NCBI GenBank assembly: GCA_900544095.1
Contig: UQTV01000006.1
Coordinates: 32,184 to 96,183, forward strand
Origin: an uncultured Collinsella sp.
GTDB taxonomy: Bacteria > Actinomycetota > Coriobacteriia > Coriobacteriales > Coriobacteriaceae
Length of the DNA stretch: 64,000 nt
Direction of reading: 5' to 3'
Under the pieces are notes generated by a model. The model did no database searches and was not told where the DNA came from. It was given only the letters and a program-made list of their open reading frames with translations. Shown here piece after piece: positions 50,055 through 59,652 of the stretch (position 1 is its first letter; each line of letters begins with the position of its first letter). A program made the position numbers and the translations under genes.

Positions 50055-51725
50055 ATGTCTCAAGAAACCATCCGCGCGGCCGAGCGTGCCGCGGGACAGG
50101 TGAACACCATGTCGACGTATGATCCGGACTCCGACCAGCTGCATGAGGAATGTGGCATTTTCGGCGTATGGGCGCCCGATCGCGACGTGGCTCGACTGAC
50201 GTACTTTGGCCTGCGTGCGCTGCAGCACCGTGGCCAGGAATCGGCTGGAATCGCCGTGGGTGACGGCGGCACGGTTATGGTCCGCAAAGATCTGGGCCTG
50301 CTCGACCGCGTGTTCTCCAACGCCGACCTGTCGACGCTCTCCGGCCAGCTGGCCGTGGGCCACGTGCGCTATGGCACCGCCGGTACCAAGAGCTGGGAAG
50401 CCTCTCAGCCGCACCTCTCTACCATCAACAGCGTCATTATCGCGCTCGCGCACAACGGCACCCTCGTCAACACCGACGAGCTGCGCCGTCAGCTGATCGA
50501 GCTGGGCGTGCCGTTCCTCTCCAATTCGGATTCCGAGGTCGCGACCAAGCTTATCGGCTACTTTACCCAGCGTACGGGCCACCTGCGCGAGGGTATTCGC
50601 AAGACCATGGAGCTCGTGCGCGGCGGCTACGCCATGACGCTCATCAACGAGCAGGCGCTCTACGCATTCCGCGATCCACACGGCATTCGCCCGCTCGTGC
50701 TGGGCAAGCTGGTGGACGAGGGTCTGGACCAGGCCGATGCCGCAGCCGTTTCGCAGCTGCCGTCTCAGGACGGCGCCGCGACGGTCGACTCCGCCGTCCG
50801 TGTCACGCGCGCCGGCGGCTGGGTCGTTGCTTCCGAGACCTGCGCACTCGACATCGTGGGTGCCGAGTACGTCCGTGACGTCCGTCCCGGCGAGATCTTG
50901 CGCATCAGCGCCGAGGGCCTGGTATCCGAGCAGGGCGTGCCTGCAGCCGAAGAGCCCGCCAACTGCATCTTTGAGCAGGTCTACTTTGCCCGCCCCGACT
51001 CCATCATGAACGGCAAGAGCGTCTATGCCTGCCGTTACGACATGGGTCGTCAGCTGGCACATGAGGAGCCTGTCGAGGCTGACCTGGTCATCGGCGTGCC
51101 CGACTCCGGCCTGCCGCCTGCGGAGGGGTATTCGCACGAGAGCGGTATTCCCTTTGGCGAGGGCCTTATCAAGAACCGCTACGTGGGCCGTACGTTTATC
51201 GAGCCTACGCAGGAGTTGCGCGCCATGGGCGTGCGTATGAAACTCAACCCGCTGCGCGACAACATCGAGGGCAAGCGCCTGGTCGTCATCGACGACTCCA
51301 TCGTGCGCGGCACCACCATGGTGCAGCTCGTCAAGATGCTGCGCAACGCCGGCGCCAAGGAGATTCATATCCGCATCAACTCGCCCGAGGTCATCTGGCC
51401 GTGCTTCTACGGTATCGATACCGACGTGCAGTCGCAGCTTATCAGCGCCAACAAGACGGTCGACGAGATTTGCGAGTATATCGGCGCCGATTCGCTGGCC
51501 TTCCTTTCGGTCGAGGGCCTGCTTAAGGTCATGCCCAAGGGCGGTTACTGCGATGCGTGCTTTACCGGCCGCTACCCCGTGGCGATTCCCGAGAGCTTTG
51601 GCCGCGACAAGTTTATGGAGGGCTTTAAGCCCCGCAACCTGGACAAGCCGCTGCACTTTGACGACGACGCCGTGATCGAGAAATACGACGACCGCAGCTG
51701 GGAAGAGGAGCACGGCGAGGCATAA
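50055..51725 (+). CDS. purF: amidophosphoribosyltransferase
   Basis: A propeptide precedes CGIFGVWAP (Ntn Cys). LRALQHRGQESAGIA and the PRTase motif LVVIDDSIVRGTT are present, with C-terminal Fe-S cysteines. Confidence 0.95.
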   Translation: MSQETIRAAERAAGQVNTMSTYDPDSDQLHEECGIFGVWAPDRDVARLTYFGLRALQHRGQESAGIAVGDGGTVMVRKDLGLLDRVFSNADLSTLSGQLAVGHVRYGTAGTKSWEASQPHLSTINSVIIALAHNGTLVNTDELRRQLIELGVPFLSNSDSEVATKLIGYFTQRTGHLREGIRKTMELVRGGYAMTLINEQALYAFRDPHGIRPLVLGKLVDEGLDQADAAAVSQLPSQDGAATVDSAVRVTRAGGWVVASETCALDIVGAEYVRDVRPGEILRISAEGLVSEQGVPAAEEPANCIFEQVYFARPDSIMNGKSVYACRYDMGRQLAHEEPVEADLVIGVPDSGLPPAEGYSHESGIPFGEGLIKNRYVGRTFIEPTQELRAMGVRMKLNPLRDNIEGKRLVVIDDSIVRGTTMVQLVKMLRNAGAKEIHIRINSPEVIWPCFYGIDTDVQSQLISANKTVDEICEYIGADSLAFLSVEGLLKVMPKGGYCDACFTGRYPVAIPESFGRDKFMEGFKPRNLDKPLHFDDDAVIEKYDDRSWEEEHGEA

Positions 51726-51767
51726 AACCTGCCATATGGGGACAGGTTTATTTTGGTAGGTTTTACC
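51724..51767. repeat. solo copy of the 40-bp arm of the 62804-63001 element
   Basis: AAAACCTGCCATATGGGGACAGGTTTATTTTGGTAGGTTTTACC differs from CCTGCCATTTAGGGACAGGTTTATTTTGGCAGGTTTTATC by only a few positions. Confidence 0.8.
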
Positions 51768-51882
51768 TGCTGTTTTGTTGATATGACGGCGCGTGCTGTT
51801 ATGGCATGCACCGAATCGAGGACAACTATGAGCACCGTTTGGCGCCCGCGCGGCGCCACGGTAGTGGGAGAGGAAGGCTCAG

Positions 51883-52986
51883 ATGAGCGACAGCAAGCAT
51901 GTGACGTATGAGGATGCCGGCGTCGATACCGCTGAGGGCGGCCGCGCCGTCGACGCGATTAAGCAGATGGTCAAGGACACCAATCGCCCCGAGGTTATCG
52001 GCGGCATCGGCGGCTTCGGTGGCCTGTTCTCGGCTGCCGCGCTTAAGGATATGGAAGACCCGATCCTGATTAGCGGTACCGACGGCGTGGGCACCAAGCT
52101 CGTGCTCGCCCAGATCATGGACCGTCACGAGACGGTGGGCCAGGACCTGGTCGCTATGTGCGTCAACGACATTCTGGCTTCGGGCGCCGAGCCGCTGTTC
52201 TTCCTGGACTACGTCGCCATCGGTCACATCGAGGCCGAGCACATGGCAAAGATCATCAAGGGTGTGGCCGACGGCTGCAAGCTCGCGGGCTGCGCGCTCG
52301 TGGGCGGTGAGATGGCCGAGCACCCGGGCGTCATGGCTCCTGCCGACTACGACCTTGCCGGATTTACCGTGGGCGTCGTCGACCGTCCCAAGATGCTCGA
52401 CCCCGCAAACGTCCGCCCGGGCGATGTGATCCTGGGCCTGCCTTCCACCGGCGTGCACTCCAACGGCTACTCGCTCGTGCGTAAGGTCATTGGCGTCGAC
52501 GGCATTAAGCCGGGCACGCCCGAGGCCGCCGCTAAGGCCGAGGAGCTGAGCCGTCCGCTCGAGGAGCTCGGCGGTGCATCGCTGGCAGACGCTCTGTTGG
52601 CCCCCACGCGCATCTACGTCAAGCCGATCCTGGAGCTGCTGCGCGGCGGCGTCAACGTGCATGCTATCGCCCACATCACCGGCGGCGGTATTACCGAGAA
52701 CCTCAACCGTGCACTCGCCGACGACGTCGACGCCGTGGTCACCCGCAACGGCGCCGAGATGGGTTGGGACGTTCCGCCCGTCATCACCTACGTGTCGCGT
52801 CAGGCCGAGCTCGCGCCCAACGAGGCATGCAAGACCTTCAACATGGGCGTCGGCCTGTGCCTGATCGTCGCCCCCGAGGACGAGGCCGCGGTTACCGAAG
52901 CCCTGGTCGCGCTGGGCGAGAAGCCGTTCCGCGTGGGCGAGTGCGTCGAGGGTTCCGGTAAGGTCGTGTACTCCGATGAGCGCTAA
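51883..52986 (+). CDS. purM: phosphoribosylformylglycinamidine cyclo-ligase (AIR synthetase)
   Basis: YEDAGVDTAEG, IGGFGGLF, GTDGVGTKL, DLVAMCVNDI and HITGGG. Confidence 0.95.
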   Translation: MSDSKHVTYEDAGVDTAEGGRAVDAIKQMVKDTNRPEVIGGIGGFGGLFSAAALKDMEDPILISGTDGVGTKLVLAQIMDRHETVGQDLVAMCVNDILASGAEPLFFLDYVAIGHIEAEHMAKIIKGVADGCKLAGCALVGGEMAEHPGVMAPADYDLAGFTVGVVDRPKMLDPANVRPGDVILGLPSTGVHSNGYSLVRKVIGVDGIKPGTPEAAAKAEELSRPLEELGGASLADALLAPTRIYVKPILELLRGGVNVHAIAHITGGGITENLNRALADDVDAVVTRNGAEMGWDVPPVITYVSRQAELAPNEACKTFNMGVGLCLIVAPEDEAAVTEALVALGEKPFRVGECVEGSGKVVYSDER

Positions 52987-53677
52987 CGAGCAGATGGCTG
53001 CTAGTGAGGGCCTGGGCTTTGTGCCCTACACCCGTCCGACCGGCACCGATACGGTCGAGCCGCTCAAGATCGGTGTGCTCATCAGCGGTTCGGGTACCAA
53101 CCTGCAGGCGCTGATCGATCTGATCGCCGCCGGTAAGCTCAACGCCTCGATTGAGCTTGTGGTGTCGAGCCGTCCTTCGGCTAAGGGTTTGCAGCGCGCT
53201 GAGCGCGCGGGCATCCAGACGCTCACGCTGTCCAAGGATGTCTATGCCGACCCTATTGCCGCCGACGAGATCATCGCGCACGAGCTGCTCGAGCGCGGCT
53301 GCGAGTACGTGGTGATGGCCGGCTATATGCGCATGGTGCACACACCGCTGCTGGCGGCGTTTCCCAACCGCGTGGTCAACTTGCATCCGGCGCTGCTGCC
53401 GAGCTTTACCGGTGCGCATGCGATTGACGATGCCTTTGCGCGCGGCGTCAAGGTAACTGGCGTGACCGTGCATTTTGCCAACGAGGTCTACGACAACGGT
53501 CCCATCATCGCCCAGCGTGCGCTGGCTGTCGAGGAGGGCTGGGATGTCGACGCGCTCGAGGAGCACATCCACGCGATTGAGCACGTGCTGTATCCCGAGG
53601 TCGTGCAAATGCTCGCCGACGGCCGCGTCCACGTGCTGGAGAGCGGCAAGGTCGCAATTGATGCGCCCCGCGTCTAG
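52976..53677 (+). CDS. purN: phosphoribosylglycinamide formyltransferase
   Basis: IGVLISGSGTNLQALID, MAGYMR, NLHPALLPSF and GVTVHF. It overlaps the purM end by 11 nt. Confidence 0.93.
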   Translation: MSANEQMAASEGLGFVPYTRPTGTDTVEPLKIGVLISGSGTNLQALIDLIAAGKLNASIELVVSSRPSAKGLQRAERAGIQTLTLSKDVYADPIAADEIIAHELLERGCEYVVMAGYMRMVHTPLLAAFPNRVVNLHPALLPSFTGAHAIDDAFARGVKVTGVTVHFANEVYDNGPIIAQRALAVEEGWDVDALEEHIHAIEHVLYPEVVQMLADGRVHVLESGKVAIDAPRV

Positions 53678-53802
53678 CGGCGCACAGTACAATTTAGTTG
53701 AGTGGTCAGGGTGGTCATTGGCGCCAAGGCGCGCGTGGCCACCTTTTGTTTTGGGTAGTCATCGGGGACGTTCCTGAATGACTAGGTGAGAGAGGTGAGC
53801 GC

Positions 53803-54267
53803 ATGGCGGATAACGAAGCGCTGTTTACGCCTGAGCTGGTGTTTTTTGATTGGGAGTGTGCGACGCCGGGTGAGGTGTTTGCGCAACTCGAGAGTGAGCT
53901 TGCTCCGCGCGGCTACATTGCCGACGGTTGGCTCGACGCCGTTCGCACGCGCGAGGATGCCTATCCCACGGGTCTTGCCATGCCGGCGGCAAACATTGCC
54001 ATTCCGCATACCGATCCGGGGTTTGTGGCCAAGCCCTATATCGCGGTGGTGAAGCCCTCCGCGCCCGTGACATTTAACGCTATGGCTGGCATGGGCGCTC
54101 CGGTGCCGGCGCAGATCGTCATCAATCTGGGCATCGCCGAGCCGGGCGGCCAGGTCGAGGCTCTGCAGGCGCTCATGAACATCTTTATGGACGCCGATGC
54201 CGCAGCCGACGTGCTCGGCCAGACCACGCCGCAGGGCATGGTCGACGCCATCCGCCGCCACTTCTAA
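53803..54267 (+). CDS. PTS EIIA-2 (fructose/mannitol/Ntr-type) domain protein, orphan
   Basis: 154 aa. REDAYPTGLAMPAANIAIPHTD contains the EIIA-2 phospho-His context. Confidence 0.8.
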   Translation: MADNEALFTPELVFFDWECATPGEVFAQLESELAPRGYIADGWLDAVRTREDAYPTGLAMPAANIAIPHTDPGFVAKPYIAVVKPSAPVTFNAMAGMGAPVPAQIVINLGIAEPGGQVEALQALMNIFMDADAAADVLGQTTPQGMVDAIRRHF

Positions 54268-54278
54268 GGTGGGGCTAA

Positions 54279-54420
54279 GCCGGCACCTAGGGACGTTCCT
54301 TATGTGCCGGCACTTGGGGACTGTCCCTAGGTGCCGGCAGAAAAGGAACGTCCCTAACTGCCGGCTGCCAGAGCTGTCCCCTTTGCACCAAAATGGTGCA
54401 GATTAACCTGTCCCCAATGC
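54279..54420. repeat. composite block of nested palindromes with GGGAC cores
   Basis: GCCGGCACCTAGGGAC at 54279-54294 pairs with GTCCCTAGGTGCCGGC at 54323-54338. AGGGACGTTCCTT at 54289-54301 pairs with AAGGAACGTCCCT at 54343-54355. CTGTCCCCTTTGCACC lies at 54375-54390 and CCTGTCCCCAATGCACC at 54408-54423. Confidence 0.85.
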
Positions 54421-54491
54421 ACCAAGCGTGCCGCGGGGGCTGCGTTGTGACACAATGGCGTTTGTTCGATTCGTTATGCGAAAGGCCAACT

Positions 54492-55712
54492 ATGGCAAAT
54501 AAGAAAAAGAACCCCGCACTCGAGCCGACGCCCGAGCAGCAGGCTCGCGCCGCCTCCAACTCTCGCAAGAAGCAGCGCAAGACCCGCGTGTCCAAGACCG
54601 TCAAGATCGTTCTGGTGGTCATCGGCGTGCTGGCGATGCTGCTTTCCGTCTCGGCGATGGCGTGCTCCGGCCTGATGTCGCAGGCCGAGGACACCTCGGG
54701 CTACAAGCTGACCGGCGGTGTTGCTGCTACTATCAACGGCACCAACCTCACCGAGGACACCGTGACCAAGCAGATCATGAGCATGCGCACGTCCTACGGC
54801 TACACCAAGGACAAGGACTGGGCGCAGTATCTGGTCGACAACGACCTCACGCCCAAGAAGTATCGCAAGCAACTCATCGACTCCTACACGCAGCAGATTC
54901 TGCTTCAACAGGCACAGAAGGAGAACGGCGTGACGGTGTCGGACGAGGAGGTCGAGAAGGCTTGGAAGGACGCGTGCAAGAGCGCGGGCGGTGCCAAGGC
55001 CTTTAAGAAGACCCTCAAGACCTACGGCTATACCGAGGACACCTACAAGGATTCGCTCAAGGAGAGTCTGGCGCAGCAGAAACTCAAGGATGCCGTCGCG
55101 CCCACGAGCAAACCCAAGGACAGCGAGATTGTCGATTACATCAACGAGAACCTGTCCAACTACAACGATGCCCGCCGCTCATCGAACATCCTGATCAAGG
55201 TTGATTCCGACGCATCTGACGAGGACAAGGCCGCCGCCAAGGCCAAGGCGCAGGAGTGCCTGGACAAAATCAACTCCGGCGAACTGAGCTTTGAGGACGC
55301 CGTGAAGCAGTATTCCGACGACACCGGCTCCAAGGAGAAGAAGGGCGATGTGGGTTGGGATAAGCTCACCACCTTCGTCGACAGCTACCAGACGGCGCTC
55401 GAGGGGCTCAACAAGGGCGACGTGAGCGAAGTCATCGAGTCGACCTATGGCTACCACGTCATCAAGTGCACCGACTACTTCCATGTCGATAGCCAGGTCG
55501 ATGACATCAAGCAGGTACCCAAGGACATCAAGAAGTATGTCTCTAACGTGGTGAAGACGCAGGCGGCAAGCACCGCATACAGCGAGTGGCTGGAGCAGTA
55601 CAAGAAGGACGCCGACATTACCGTCAACCCCATGCCCAAGGACGTACCCTATAACGTGAGTCTAAAGGGCGTCACCAAGAGCTCGACCGACAATTCGTCG
55701 ACGACTGAGTAA
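54492..55712 (+). CDS. membrane-anchored parvulin-type peptidyl-prolyl isomerase (PrsA/SurA-like)
   Basis: Basic N-terminus and TM segment, a SurA_N-like region, and a rotamase core SNILIKV, FEDAVKQYSDD, GDVGW and STYGYHVIKC. The start was trimmed to MANKKK after a GAAAGG RBS. Confidence 0.85.
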   Translation: MANKKKNPALEPTPEQQARAASNSRKKQRKTRVSKTVKIVLVVIGVLAMLLSVSAMACSGLMSQAEDTSGYKLTGGVAATINGTNLTEDTVTKQIMSMRTSYGYTKDKDWAQYLVDNDLTPKKYRKQLIDSYTQQILLQQAQKENGVTVSDEEVEKAWKDACKSAGGAKAFKKTLKTYGYTEDTYKDSLKESLAQQKLKDAVAPTSKPKDSEIVDYINENLSNYNDARRSSNILIKVDSDASDEDKAAAKAKAQECLDKINSGELSFEDAVKQYSDDTGSKEKKGDVGWDKLTTFVDSYQTALEGLNKGDVSEVIESTYGYHVIKCTDYFHVDSQVDDIKQVPKDIKKYVSNVVKTQAASTAYSEWLEQYKKDADITVNPMPKDVPYNVSLKGVTKSSTDNSSTTE

Positions 55713-55766
55713 TCATGGGACGGTGCTCGCGCGAGTGCCGCCCACACTATTGAGGAGGATTTGCAG

Positions 55767-56210
55767 ATGACCAACGAAGAGCTGCAGAAGGAAATGATTG
55801 CGGCCATGAAGGCCAAGGACAAGGTTCGCCTGTCTATCATTCGCCAGGTCAAGGCCGAGGTGAAGAATATCGAGGTTAACGAGCGCCGCGACGTGACCGA
55901 GGAAGACGTCAACAGCATGATCAAGCGTCTGATTAAGCAGACGAGCGAGACGCTGGAGATGTCCATTAAGGCCGGTACCGACCAGGAGCGTACCGACAAC
56001 CTGACCGAGCAGGTCAAGATTCTGGAGAGCCTGCTGCCCGCACAGGTTTCGGGCGAGGAACTCGAGGCTCTGATCGAGCAGGTTATCGCCGAGCTGGGCG
56101 CCACGTCCAAGAAGCAGATGGGCCAGGTCATGGGAGCACTCGGCAAGGCCACCGGCGGCAACTTCGATAAGCCTGCCGCGGCAAAGATCGTCGGAGCCAA
56201 ACTCGCGTAA
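55767..56210 (+). CDS. yqeY: GatB/YqeY domain protein
   Basis: LQKEMIAAMKAKDKVRLSIIRQVKAEVKNIEV, LIKQ, MGQVMGAL and GNFDKPAAAKIV. Confidence 0.85.
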   Translation: MTNEELQKEMIAAMKAKDKVRLSIIRQVKAEVKNIEVNERRDVTEEDVNSMIKRLIKQTSETLEMSIKAGTDQERTDNLTEQVKILESLLPAQVSGEELEALIEQVIAELGATSKKQMGQVMGALGKATGGNFDKPAAAKIVGAKLA

Positions 56211-56401
56211 TTAATTTGTTACGCGGTTTTAACAAACCGCGTAACGGCTCGACGCTGCAAACCCGTACACGCGGCAATCTGACGTTCAATTTCAAGGGCG
56301 CGACCATAAGGTCTGCGCCCTTTCATTTCACGTCACCTTGCTCGCGTGTACGGGTTTTCGCTGACTTATGCTCAACAAGGGCGGTTGTATTATTTTCGGC
56401 G

Positions 56402-56468
56402 CTCATTGGGGACAGACTTAAATGAGTGCCCAATGAGCGGGTACTCATTTAAGTCTGTCCCCAATGAG
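56402..56468. repeat. palindromic element with perfect 25-bp inverted repeats and a GGGGACAG core
   Basis: CTCATTGGGGACAGACTTAAATGAG at 56402-56426 is the exact reverse complement of 56444-56468. Confidence 0.9.
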
Positions 56469-56574
56469 TGGGTGGAAGGTTGCGGGTTCTTTACGGGAAT
56501 GTAGTGTGGGCTGCGGAAACGTGGTTCTTTCCGTACAATAGTGCAACTCGTGTAAACGCAGGGAAGGGACATTC

Positions 56575-57306
56575 ATGGCAGACATGATCGAGATCAAGCA
56601 TCTCAACAAGTACTTTGGCGACCTGCATGTGCTCAAAGATATCAATCTCACCGTCAAGCGCGGCGAGAAGCTCGTAATGATCGGGCCTTCCGGCTCGGGT
56701 AAGTCGACGCTCATCCGTTGCGTCGATTATCTGGAGGAGCCCACGTCGGGCGAAGTCGTCATCGACGGTACGCCGCTCACCAAAAAGAATCACCTGGAGA
56801 TGGCTCGCAAGTATAGTTCCATGGTGTTTCAGCAGTTCAACCTGTATCCCAACATGACGGTGCTCGGCAACCTGACGCTCGCGCCCATCAAGCTACAAAA
56901 GAAGAGCAAGGAGGAGGCGACCGAGATCGCCATCGCCGCGCTCAAACGCGTCGGCATGGCGCATAAGGCAGGCGAGTATCCGCAGAACCTCTCGGGCGGT
57001 CAGCAGCAGCGCATCGCTATCGCCCGCGCCCTGTGCACCAAGCAGCCCATCATCCTGTTTGACGAACCGACCTCGGCGCTCGACCCCGAGATGGTCCAGG
57101 AAGTCCTTGACGTTATGATTGAGCTCGCGCAGGAGGACATCACCATGATCTGCGTGACGCACGAGATGGGCTTTGCGCGCCAGGTGGCCGACCGCGTCAT
57201 CTTTATGGAGGACGGCCGCATCCTGGAGGAGGGCACACCCGAGCACTTCTTCGATAACCCCGAGAACCCGCGCTGCCGCGAGTTCCTGTCCAAGATTCTG
57301 CACTAG
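56575..57306 (+). CDS. polar amino-acid ABC transporter ATP-binding protein
   Basis: Walker [11 protein letters not shown]-loop, [15 protein letters not shown] and [13 protein letters not shown]. The length is GlnQ/HisP-like. Confidence 0.92.
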   Translation: MADMIEIKHLNKYFGDLHVLKDINLTVKRGEKLVMIGPSGSGKSTLIRCVDYLEEPTSGEVVIDGTPLTKKNHLEMARKYSSMVFQQFNLYPNMTVLGNLTLAPIKLQKKSKEEATEIAIAALKRVGMAHKAGEYPQNLSGGQQQRIAIARALCTKQPIILFDEPTSALDPEMVQEVLDVMIELAQEDITMICVTHEMGFARQVADRVIFMEDGRILEEGTPEHFFDNPENPRCREFLSKILH

Positions 57307-57311
57307 GCGCG

Positions 57312-58190
57312 GTGATGGACATGACGGATATGACGAGGGCGGCCGTGTCGCGCCGTCACTTTTTGCAGCTGGCTGGCGCCGGCATGCTTGCGCTGACGGG
57401 GACCGCGCTTACCGGTTGCGGCAACTCCACCAGCGGCGAGGGCTCCGACAAGGGGTCCAAGCTTGCGGCCATCAAGTCGCGTGGCCATCTGAATGCCGGC
57501 GTTAAGAAGGACGTTCCCGGCTATGGCTATTACGACACCGCCAAGGGCCGCTTTGAGGGCATGGAAGTCGATTTGTGCTACCAAATCGCCGCTGCCGTCT
57601 TTGGCGTGAGCTACAAGGAGGCCCGTGCCCAGGAGCTTGTCGAGTTTACCGACGTAACGCCCAAGACGCGCGGCCCGCTGATCGATAACGGCCAGCTTGA
57701 CGTGGTCGCGGCGACCTACACCATCACCGACGAGCGCAAGAAGAGCTGGGATTTCTCGACGCCGTACCGCACCGATTACGTGGGACTCATGGTCAAGAAG
57801 CGTTCGGGCTTTACCTCGATTGAGGACCTGGACGGCAAGGTCATCGGCGTGAGCCAGGGTGCTACCACGCAGGGCCTGATCGAGCAGATGATCAAGGACA
57901 ACGGCTTTAGCTGCAAGCCCGAGTTTAGGGCCTTTAGCGGCTACCCCATCATCAAGAGTTCGCTCGACGCCGGCAATATCGACGTCTTTGCCATGGACCG
58001 CTCCACGCTGGCCGGTTACATGAACGAGACCGTTGAGTTGCTGCAGCCCGAGGTCAAGTTTGGCGAGCAGGGCTACGGCGTGGCGACCAAGAAGGGCTGT
58101 GACCTTTCGGCCGTGGTCGATCAGGTGATTTGCGATCGCCTGGCCGATGGCTGGCTCGACCAAGAGGTCAAGACCTGGGGTCTTGTATAG
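57312..58190 (+). CDS. amino-acid ABC transporter substrate-binding lipoprotein (Tat-like signal)
   Basis: SRRHFLQLAGAGMLALTGTALTGCGNS (twin-Arg plus lipobox) and family-3 SBP motifs (GVKKDVPGYGY, GMEVDL, ATYTITDERKK). Confidence 0.88.
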   Translation: MMDMTDMTRAAVSRRHFLQLAGAGMLALTGTALTGCGNSTSGEGSDKGSKLAAIKSRGHLNAGVKKDVPGYGYYDTAKGRFEGMEVDLCYQIAAAVFGVSYKEARAQELVEFTDVTPKTRGPLIDNGQLDVVAATYTITDERKKSWDFSTPYRTDYVGLMVKKRSGFTSIEDLDGKVIGVSQGATTQGLIEQMIKDNGFSCKPEFRAFSGYPIIKSSLDAGNIDVFAMDRSTLAGYMNETVELLQPEVKFGEQGYGVATKKGCDLSAVVDQVICDRLADGWLDQEVKTWGLV

Positions 58191-58215
58191 GCGCATCGTC
58201 CAAGGAAGGAATCAA

Positions 58216-58962
58216 ATGCTCGAAGGATTATTTGACGCCGACCGTTGGTCGACGACATTTCAAAACATGGGGCCCTTCTGGGAGGGCTTTGGCGTGACGC
58301 TGCAGGTGGTCGTTGCCGGCCTGTTGCTGTCCCTGGTACTGGGCACGCTGCTGGGTGTGTTCTCTACCACCCGTTCGCGTGTGCTGCGTGCCATAAGCCG
58401 CGTGTACGTGGAGTTTTACCAGAACACCCCGTTGCCCGTGCAGGTGCTCTTTATGTACATGGCCGGACCGCAGTTTTTGCAGGCCATGACCGGTGCCGAC
58501 CAGCCGGTGCGCATCGCGCCGTTCGTGCTGGGCTTCTTGGGCGTGGGCCTGTATCATGCGGCCTACATTTCGGAGGTCATCCGCACTGGTATCGAGGCGG
58601 TTCCGCGCGGTCAGATGGAGGCGGCCCAGAGCCAGGGCTTCACCCGTGCGCAGGCATACTGGTACATCGTGCTGCCTCAGACATTCAAGATCATTCTGCC
58701 GCCGCTGTGTAACCAGGCACTCAACCTGGTCAAGAACACGTCGGTGCTGGCACTTGTGGCCGGCGGCGACCTTATGTACCGTTCCGACAACTTTGTGAGT
58801 CTGTACGGTTACCTGCAGGGATACATCGTCTGCTGCCTTATGTACTTCATCATCTGTTTTCCGCTCGCCATGCTGGTGCAGTGGCTCGAGCGCCGCCCCA
58901 AGGAGCGTCCGCGCGGCGTGAGCCTGGCCGAGCTGGGGCTCGACAACGTAGAGGAGGCCTAG
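58216..58962 (+). CDS. amino-acid ABC transporter permease
   Basis: HisM/GlnP-type EAA region YISEVIRTGIEAVPRGQMEAAQSQGFTRAQAYWYIVLPQ. The start was trimmed to MLEGLF after a GGAAGGA RBS. Confidence 0.9.
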   Translation: MLEGLFDADRWSTTFQNMGPFWEGFGVTLQVVVAGLLLSLVLGTLLGVFSTTRSRVLRAISRVYVEFYQNTPLPVQVLFMYMAGPQFLQAMTGADQPVRIAPFVLGFLGVGLYHAAYISEVIRTGIEAVPRGQMEAAQSQGFTRAQAYWYIVLPQTFKIILPPLCNQALNLVKNTSVLALVAGGDLMYRSDNFVSLYGYLQGYIVCCLMYFIICFPLAMLVQWLERRPKERPRGVSLAELGLDNVEEA

Positions 58963-58965
58963 CGC

Positions 58966-59604
58966 ATGGAAATCTTCAACGCGACCAACCTGCTCTACAT
59001 TTGGGGCGGCTTTGTTAAGACGATCGAGATCTCGGCGCTGTCGATCTTTTTCTCGCTCATCTTTGGCACGGTGCTGGCGCTCGTTAAAAGCTATGCGCCC
59101 CGCCCGTTCCGTATTTTGGTGAGCGCCTATATCGAGCTGTTCCGCTGTACGCCGAACCTGCTGTGGATCCTGTTTATCTACTTTACGGTGCAGGGTTTGG
59201 ACATTGTGATTTCGACCATTGCCTTTACGCTGTTTACCAGCGCTGTTATGGCCGAGATTGTGCGCGGCGGTCTCAACTCGATTCCGCGCGGCCAGTTTGA
59301 GGCAGCGCAGAGCCAGGGCTTCGGCTTCTTTGCCACCATGCGCTACATCATTCTGCCGCAGACGTTTAAGACGATCATTCCGGCGCTGTTTAGCCAGTGC
59401 ACGACCGTCATCAAGGACAGCTCGTATCTTTCGGGTATTAACGTGGCCGAGCTCATGTACACGGCAAATGTCGTGATGGCCCACGCGATCGACCTGTCGC
59501 AGGTGCTTATGCTCTACGGCCTGGTGTTTGCGATGTACTTTGTGCTCAACTTTGGTATCTCGCTGCTGGTTCGCGCATATCAGAGGCGAATGGTGGCAGC
59601 GTAG
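58966..59604 (+). CDS. amino-acid ABC transporter permease
   Basis: EAA region MAEIVRGGLNSIPRGQFEAAQSQGFGFFATMRYIILPQ. Confidence 0.9.
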   Translation: MEIFNATNLLYIWGGFVKTIEISALSIFFSLIFGTVLALVKSYAPRPFRILVSAYIELFRCTPNLLWILFIYFTVQGLDIVISTIAFTLFTSAVMAEIVRGGLNSIPRGQFEAAQSQGFGFFATMRYIILPQTFKTIIPALFSQCTTVIKDSSYLSGINVAELMYTANVVMAHAIDLSQVLMLYGLVFAMYFVLNFGISLLVRAYQRRMVAA

Positions 59605-59605
59605 A

Positions 59606-59636
59606 ATGTGACAAAGGGACAGTCCCTTTGTCACAT
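59606..59636. repeat. 31-bp near-perfect palindrome with a GGGACAGTCCC centre
   Basis: ATGTGACAAAGGGAC-A-GTCCCTTTGTCACAT, immediately after the permease stop. Confidence 0.85.
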
Positions 59637-59652
59637 AGAGAAAGGAATCGCG

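Noticed and set aside
54279-56468. CRISPR array suggested by recurring palindromic repeats.
   Set aside because: The repeats are inverted rather than direct, irregularly spaced and separated by genes. There are no unique spacers of uniform length and no cas genes in the window.
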